Of a stretch of 40,097 nt of DNA, positions 34,861-40,097 are shown piece after piece. Each line of letters begins with the position of its first letter. Positions within the stretch are counted from its first letter, which is position 1. This DNA is from Minisyncoccota bacterium (GTDB taxonomy: Bacteria > Patescibacteriota > Minisyncoccia > Phycocordibacterales > UBA9973). The stretch covers positions 72,019 through 112,115 of the forward strand of contig JBAZVG010000001.1 in NCBI GenBank assembly GCA_041661005.1, read 5' to 3'. The position numbers and the translations under genes are program-made. The notes under the pieces were generated by a model. That model was not told the DNA's origin and did not search any database. It was given only the letters and a program-made list of their open reading frames with translations.

Positions 34861-37008
34861 TTATTTTTTCTCTAAAACTTCCTGAACTATCCCCTGAATA
34901 ATATCTCCTTCTTCTGGAATAATTGGTTGATGTTTGGAATTGGTACTTTTTGGTAATAATATTCTGCGACCATCTCTTTTGTCGTAATATTTTATTGTGA
35001 CATTTTCACCCCCAAGCAAGGCAACAACCTTATCACCAGTTTCACCCTTTTCTGAATAACGACACAATACTAAATCCCTATCATTAATTCCGGATTTATT
35101 CATAGAATCTCCATCAGCTCTAACTATAAAATATTTTGCTCCAGGTTTAATTTTACTTTTTTCAACTTCAATATATTCCTCAATATTTTCTTCACTAAGA
35201 AGCGGATTTCCACATGGAGCAGAACCGACTAATGGAATACCAATTGTATCAATAACATATGGGGATTCAATTATTTGAGATAAAATAACTTCATCTTTTA
35301 TCTTATTCTTAATGTTGTACATCTCTACGTGTTCATTAAAATAGTCTCTTAAATTTTTATTACATGCATAAATATATGAACCCTTAATCCCTCTAAGCAA
35401 AAGAGTTTTGTATATATTTATTATAAACTTTTTAAGTTCTTCTGGATTTTTAATTGATTGCTTTCCATTTTTATCGAAGTAGTTTTCTTCTAAAATAATA
35501 ATCTCGTTTTTTTCTTTATCGTAAGATATTTCATCTCCAAAAATTATTCCTGTATAATTTAAGTCATATCCTTGCGTGGTATGAATACATCCAACCTCAT
35601 TTATTGCATTCTGGGAATTAATAAAATCTTTGGTTACGCTATTCCATTTTAATTTAATATCGCCAATGACAATGTCATGTATATCTTTTTTTCGTGAAAT
35701 CCATGGCCAAGAAAAACCTGCAACGAGTCTTGATAAACCAAATTTGTCATTCCTATTTTTTATCTTTTCAACCATATCATTCAAGGAATCAAAAATTAAA
35801 AATTCATAGTCCCCAGATTTAAATAAAATATCATTTTTACGGAACTTGCAATTTAATAATTTATCAATATAACTAACATAATCAACCCCACCCCTAACTC
35901 TAAATTGTGAATTAAGTTTTTGTATTAATGTTGTCTTCTTTAATTTAAGAAGATCAAAATCTTTCTTATTAACATCTGATGGTTTTATAGATTGATTTTC
36001 ATCATAGAAAAACAGACTTTTTTTACTTTGTGTAATTATCCAATCTAATTCATTGCCAACATGTTTTTCTAAACCCAATTTTTGATTTACAATATCAAAA
36101 GCACCGAAATATGTACCAAGATTAATTCTTTTTCGTAATCTATGTGATTCATCAACAATTAAAATATCGTATTTTTTATTTACAACCTCAGCTGGACCAA
36201 TTACCATTGAAGCATTCAAGCCTTTTACATTTCTGAATACTTTTTTTAATGTTCCACGAAATGAAGCCATCGGAACAACTAATGCCATAGATGGATCGGG
36301 GTACTTATTCTTTAAATCTCTAACTAATTTTATAAATTCCTTCTCGTCGTCCCCAAAATCCTTAAAATTAAAATCATTTAGATCGGAATTTAATAATTTA
36401 AAAAGGAATACAGCTAAAATAGTTTTACCGGTACCAGCACCTCCCTCAACAATTATACTGTTTGTTTCATTTTGTAAAAGATTTTTAATAAGTTCAATGA
36501 TGCTATTCTTTTGATCAACTGAAAGAGTTTTATAGGGAGAATACTTAAATAAATCAGAATTATTAATTTGTTCTAACGAATTTTTTATTATTCCTTCAGA
36601 TTTCAATTCTTTCCAAACTGTTTTAAAAATATCCCAATATATTTCATTTTTTTGATAATAAGTATGATTAGCTAACCCAAGATTTCCATTTAATAATTTA
36701 AATTGGCCATCTCCCGATAAATATTTAATTAAATTAGATTCTATATCTAGCGTTGCTGATTTATTAAATTTGTCACTTGTTATAAGTCGAACCTCTGTAA
36801 GTTTATTTTTAGAATTATTTTTAAGATGTGTAGACATTCTAGAGATTGCGTCAGTTGTTTCACCTACATAGGCCTCCTTAATATTTCCATCACTTAAAAT
36901 ATAAACCAGTGGCCACAAACCATCTACAAAATGATTTTTATCAATTTTATTTAACAAACTGAAATTAAAATCGTATTTTTTGATTTCAAAAATGTTTACT
37001 TCATTCAT
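34861..37008 (-). CDS. GIY-YIG nuclease + DUF2075 (Schlafen group 3-type) SF1 helicase-like ATPase + C-terminal S24 (LexA/UmuD-like) peptidase domain
   Basis: VYIL...YVGET...R..H and LDIES (GIY-YIG); GGAGTGKT, IVDESHR, YDENQ, SQFR, CIHTTQGYD; IPLVGSAPCG, ADGDSM, VTIKYY (S24). Confidence 0.88.
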   Translation of the reverse strand: MNEVNIFEIKKYDFNFSLLNKIDKNHFVDGLWPLVYILSDGNIKEAYVGETTDAISRMSTHLKNNSKNKLTEVRLITSDKFNKSATLDIESNLIKYLSGDGQFKLLNGNLGLANHTYYQKNEIYWDIFKTVWKELKSEGIIKNSLEQINNSDLFKYSPYKTLSVDQKNSIIELIKNLLQNETNSIIVEGGAGTGKTILAVFLFKLLNSDLNDFNFKDFGDDEKEFIKLVRDLKNKYPDPSMALVVPMASFRGTLKKVFRNVKGLNASMVIGPAEVVNKKYDILIVDESHRLRKRINLGTYFGAFDIVNQKLGLEKHVGNELDWIITQSKKSLFFYDENQSIKPSDVNKKDFDLLKLKKTTLIQKLNSQFRVRGGVDYVSYIDKLLNCKFRKNDILFKSGDYEFLIFDSLNDMVEKIKNRNDKFGLSRLVAGFSWPWISRKKDIHDIVIGDIKLKWNSVTKDFINSQNAINEVGCIHTTQGYDLNYTGIIFGDEISYDKEKNEIIILEENYFDKNGKQSIKNPEELKKFIINIYKTLLLRGIKGSYIYACNKNLRDYFNEHVEMYNIKNKIKDEVILSQIIESPYVIDTIGIPLVGSAPCGNPLLSEENIEEYIEVEKSKIKPGAKYFIVRADGDSMNKSGINDRDLVLCRYSEKGETGDKVVALLGGENVTIKYYDKRDGRRILLPKSTNSKHQPIIPEEGDIIQGIVQEVLEKK

Positions 37009-37010
37009 AA

Positions 37011-37358
37011 CTAAAGTTTGTTATATTTTGTATGCCTTCCTTTAGCTTTTTCGACTGGATACTTTTCTTCGTTTTTTAAAATCTTTTTTTTAAGTGCTTC
37101 TGAAACATCAATCTTTAGATCATGACTCATCAGCAAGACCCAATAAAGTACGTCCGCTAATTCTTCACCAATCTCGACTTTATTAGTTTTAATATATTTT
37201 TCAATTTCCTCTTTGCTTTTCCATTGAAAATGTTCCATAACTTCTGTCGCCTCTAAAACTAAAGATAAGGCAACATCTTTCGGGTTGTGGAATTGCTTCC
37301 AATCTCGGGCGTCACGGAAAGCTATAATTCTTTTTGTTAAATCGTTAATATTTTTCAT
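37011..37358 (-). CDS. MazG-like nucleotide pyrophosphohydrolase (dCTPase-like)
   Basis: FRDARDWKQFHNPKD...EATEV...EELADV...KNEEKYP. Confidence 0.93.
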   Translation of the reverse strand: MKNINDLTKRIIAFRDARDWKQFHNPKDVALSLVLEATEVMEHFQWKSKEEIEKYIKTNKVEIGEELADVLYWVLLMSHDLKIDVSEALKKKILKNEEKYPVEKAKGRHTKYNKL

Positions 37359-37726
37359 AATTTTATCTCAAAAGCTCATCACTCGAAACCCCCGCCAAAG
37401 GACGGGCAGGCAAGTGCTTTTGCTAATTTGGTAATAACCGAGTTTTCTTGAGTTATTCACAACCTGAGTATAATCCTTATTGTCTTTTTCAACAATGTTG
37501 TTTTGTAATACAATGTGTCTCCAAAATCTTCCCCCGCATTCCTCCCCAGAAATACAGTCGCGCTTTAATGGGACAGTGCACGACACGATTCTGCTGAATC
37601 GCTTGCGGGCAGAATTCCGAATTTCGCCAAATTTCAAAGAAATCTACGCGAAACTAAATATGCATATATGCATACCTGCCTCCATTTCCCCCTTCTATTT
37701 TACATTTCTCCCACGTTACTTTACTT

Positions 37727-37744
37727 AACTAAAGTACTTTAGTT
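37727..37744. promoter_or_regulatory. perfect 18-bp palindrome, possible operator
   Basis: aactaaagt|actttagtt, upstream (minus strand) of the MazG operon. Confidence 0.35.
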
Positions 37745-37837
37745 GGCTAAAGTAAATAGCTTCCGAATTCACTAGGACAGTCCTTGCGAAAACTTAGATA
37801 AACAGAAAGCCCCACCGAAGCAGAGCTCCCGTGGGGT

Positions 37838-38113
37838 TTAGTTCAATATCGCTGGTATTAACACTCTCCAGATAGTGATGCCCGCCATTACTGGAGGGAA
37901 GACCACACCGATGAATGTTACAAACTTCTCAAAACCGTGACAACGTGGGTAAGCCTTCATCCAACAAACGAAAACAAACACGTTGACAATAATCTGCAGG
38001 CATCCCGCGAGTATGTTTAGATTCTCGAAGAAATTTGTGCAGTTGGCAATGAGGAAGAATGAAAAACCCGCAATTCCAGAAATTATTCTCCACTTCTTAG
38101 AATTTGGCTTCAT
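37838..38113 (-). CDS. hypothetical small membrane protein
   Basis: 91 aa with about three hydrophobic segments; preceded by a strong promoter match. Confidence 0.6.
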   Translation of the reverse strand: MKPNSKKWRIISGIAGFSFFLIANCTNFFENLNILAGCLQIIVNVFVFVCWMKAYPRCHGFEKFVTFIGVVFPPVMAGITIWRVLIPAILN

Positions 38114-38162
38114 TACCTATTATCCTTTCATTTCAGGTTTTAACAAAAATCTACTCATAATG

Positions 38163-38191
38163 AGTATGGCACACTAAAATCTATTTGTCAA
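38163..38191 (-). promoter_or_regulatory. sigma70-type promoter
   Basis: TTGACA-17 nt-CATACT on the minus strand, directly after the tRNA-like repeat. Confidence 0.7.
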
Positions 38192-38194
38192 TTT

Positions 38195-38214
38195 AGCTCC
38201 GGGGGTAGGGATCG
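38195..38214 (-). repeat. tRNA 3'-end remnant (Asn-like), direct repeat copy 2
   Basis: Minus strand CGATC-CCTAC-CCCCGGA-G-CT reads as T-loop, T-stem, acceptor strand and discriminator G; the rest of the tRNA is absent. Confidence 0.75.
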
Positions 38215-38589
38215 GTCACGAGTTACTAAGCATAATTTTTCGCTTCGCTCAAATTCTGCAAAGTACTCTCGACCCCGACTCGGCGACCCTTCGACATACT
38301 CAGGGTGCCCGCCTCCGTCTTTCGATACCTACTCCGAAGTAAAACAGTAAAGCCCCAATGCTTACGCATCAGGGCTAAACTGGTTTTGTGCTCCGAGGAC
38401 TATATTCTGTCCGAACTGCTTTTATTGAAGAAAGATTGCATGAATTAAGGCAATTAGACCTGTTAAAAAACGACTAGGCTTATAATAGCACAGTAGAATC
38501 AATAAGAAAATACCCTCCTTTTATAGTTTCAAGAAATTCCTCCACCACACAGACAGCTTCTGAAAATATAGCTAATTTATTGCATTCGT

Positions 38590-39165
38590 CTAAATTTGTT
38601 GAGATTGAAATGTCTTTATTGCCTCCATTGTTGTCTGAGCATCTTTTACTTGATTGAATAATCCCGACTTATTGCAAAGCTTCAAGAATCGCAGAAACTT
38701 CTTGGTGTATTTAGATTTATATAGAGGTCGTGGAATGCTTTCACGCATATCAATAAGCTGTAGCCTCTTATTCTGCTGATAAAGCATTCGTCCGTGATCG
38801 CTTCTAGTATTTATTGTAGTAGATCTGTAACATAACTTATGGCACTTAAAACAGGCAAAGAAGGTGTTTTTTAGGTATAAGGCATTTGTTCTATTTCCAC
38901 AAGCACATGATAAATATGTCCTAGAGCCAAAATGCAACTCATGACTAGATAATAGGATTCTTTGCGGATTACCGTCAAAATTAACGACTAAATAGGCATT
39001 ATCCTCCGGTCCATACTCAATAGAATAATCCAACGCAGAGGGTCTGCCATTGTGTAGAAAGTTTAAATATCCTCCACTTACCACCTCCTTATTGCGCGCC
39101 CTTTTAAAATCATTTTTCAGCAGTTTTGTGCTTAGCTTAAAGCAGTTTTCAACCAATGTGTTCAT
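38590..39165 (-). CDS. hypothetical protein with a putative zinc ribbon
   Basis: HFGSRTYLSCACGNRTNALY....FACFKCHKLCYRS (CxC...CxxC); TATAAT 6 nt upstream. Confidence 0.7.
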   Translation of the reverse strand: MNTLVENCFKLSTKLLKNDFKRARNKEVVSGGYLNFLHNGRPSALDYSIEYGPEDNAYLVVNFDGNPQRILLSSHELHFGSRTYLSCACGNRTNALYLKNTFFACFKCHKLCYRSTTINTRSDHGRMLYQQNKRLQLIDMRESIPRPLYKSKYTKKFLRFLKLCNKSGLFNQVKDAQTTMEAIKTFQSQQI

Positions 39166-39200
39166 ACCTTAATTATACTCCAGTACCTAAAACTACTGAG

Positions 39201-39599
39201 TTAAAGATATGCCACAAATCCAACTATGATCATCTTAAGATAGATTAAACAAACAACAATCAAAGCAAACATGAAGAATCCAGTAATACTTTTAGGGATT
39301 ATCCCAAATAATTTTCTATCATTTGGCTCTTTACGGATAAATTGGATGCCAAAATATAATGAGAATAGCAATAATATAGTAACCAAAATTATAACTGAAT
39401 CTATTGTGTGTTCAAAGACTGGGAATAGGTCCGAAAAAAGCAACCTAGATTTAATATGTATTGGTAGAGAGAAGACCAGTTCTCTAGTCCTATCTGGGTC
39501 AAAATAAAGAGCAACATTCGTGAGAACGAAAAATAAAAATGAATATAGGAAGTTTCTGTTGTTAGACTTTTTATTTTCCATGTTTTTATTTATGTTCAT
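39201..39599 (-). CDS. hypothetical membrane protein
   Basis: 132 aa with three hydrophobic segments; overlaps the upstream gene. Confidence 0.6.
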   Translation of the reverse strand: MNINKNMENKKSNNRNFLYSFLFFVLTNVALYFDPDRTRELVFSLPIHIKSRLLFSDLFPVFEHTIDSVIILVTILLLFSLYFGIQFIRKEPNDRKLFGIIPKSITGFFMFALIVVCLIYLKMIIVGFVAYL

Positions 39600-39927
39600 T
39601 TACTGTTTCTTGTATTGTATCTTTAATTAATTTTATTGTTTCGGAGTCAGCATTACCACTTTTTGCTTCGTTATATCTTTCTATTGCCTTAATGCATTTA
39701 TTATCTATCCAAAATTGATATCGTGCTTTTGACCAGTCAGATAGAGTAGCACCAGGATGAGTGTCATAAAAATTATTGGTCCAGGAATTCATTGCTGTTA
39801 ATTGTTCTTCCGAAGTAGCATAATCGTCTGGACACTTAGCGAGAGTTTTCTGTATTTGGGTATTAAAGAAATACAAAGAAACACAAATTACAATAGCTAA
39901 AGAAATATAGAGTGAGTTTCTTTTCAT
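39586..39927 (-). CDS. hypothetical exported protein
   Basis: N-terminal hydrophobic signal or anchor, two Cys, soluble C-terminus. Confidence 0.65.
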   Translation of the reverse strand: MKRNSLYISLAIVICVSLYFFNTQIQKTLAKCPDDYATSEEQLTAMNSWTNNFYDTHPGATLSDWSKARYQFWIDNKCIKAIERYNEAKSGNADSETIKLIKDTIQETVNEHK

Positions 39928-40097
39928 TTATTTGGGAAGGGTGTTTTTAATGTCATGTTACTAAATATTGCGAATGCGTTTGTAGTTATTCCTTTCTTAA
40001 CCAAACTTTTGTAACTTGACCCAGGCTGAACCATAAAAAGATCCCACTTATTATCTGCTCTTCGTTCTCCCTGTATCCAGTATTGCGTGTTCAGGAT
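39924..40097 (-). CDS. C-terminal part of a hypothetical protein (runs off the window edge)
   Basis: Open for 57 codons (ILNTQYWIQGERRADNKWDLFMV...PFPNK*); its TGA overlaps the next ATG (ATGA). Confidence 0.55.
   Translation of the reverse strand: MLNTQYWIQGERRADNKWDLFMVQPGSSYKSLVKKGITTNAFAIFSNMTLKTPFPNK

Larger units (their letters stand above)
33105..38194. mobile_element. putative tRNA-targeted genomic islet (no integrase inside)
   Basis: Bounded by the 17-bp direct repeats, visibly AT-rich, all genes on the minus strand, accessory content. Confidence 0.55.

Noticed and set aside
37368-37728. ORFs 37368-37637 (-) and 37480-37728 (+)
   Set aside because: Weak starts, no recognisable motif, mutual antisense overlap and repeat content.
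38195-38340. Intact or intron-split tRNA gene
   Set aside because: Only the T-loop and acceptor 3' strand are present; no D-arm, anticodon arm or matching 5' strand was found nearby.

Overview
Mostly AT-rich bacterial DNA in the standard genetic code (TGA is used as a stop). Gene content and protein style suggest Patescibacteria/CPR (Parcubacteria-like); this is an inference. Bases 322-28819 are a largely plus-strand housekeeping block: mltG, mnmA, MgtC family, short alaS, the non-oxidative pentose phosphate genes, an ABC exporter, a shortened ychF, an rRNA methyltransferase, leuS with a Nudix insert, tgt, rnpB and a speA/speB/DHS-like polyamine set. It is followed by a GH135-peptidoglycan-binding protein and tRNA-Ala. 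From about 32 kb the genes are all on the minus strand and accessory, with two 17-bp copies of a tRNA(Asn-like) 3' end bounding a roughly 5 kb islet. The two best signals are: (1) several families of short palindromic elements inserted in frame in core genes (mnmA, tgt, alaS, leuS, transketolase), with covarying stems and copy-specific arms; (2) a tight operon of MazG, a GIY-YIG/DUF2075-helicase/S24-autopeptidase fusion, a membrane protein and a small Cas2/SinR-like protein, which is a candidate defence system. Also noted: many apparently leaderless promoters, a candidate ~70-nt sRNA, an HTH/FtsK-gamma module with a duplicated promoter-operator, and a GC-rich foreign-looking pilin at the left edge. 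All family assignments come from motif recognition by eye; no database search was run.
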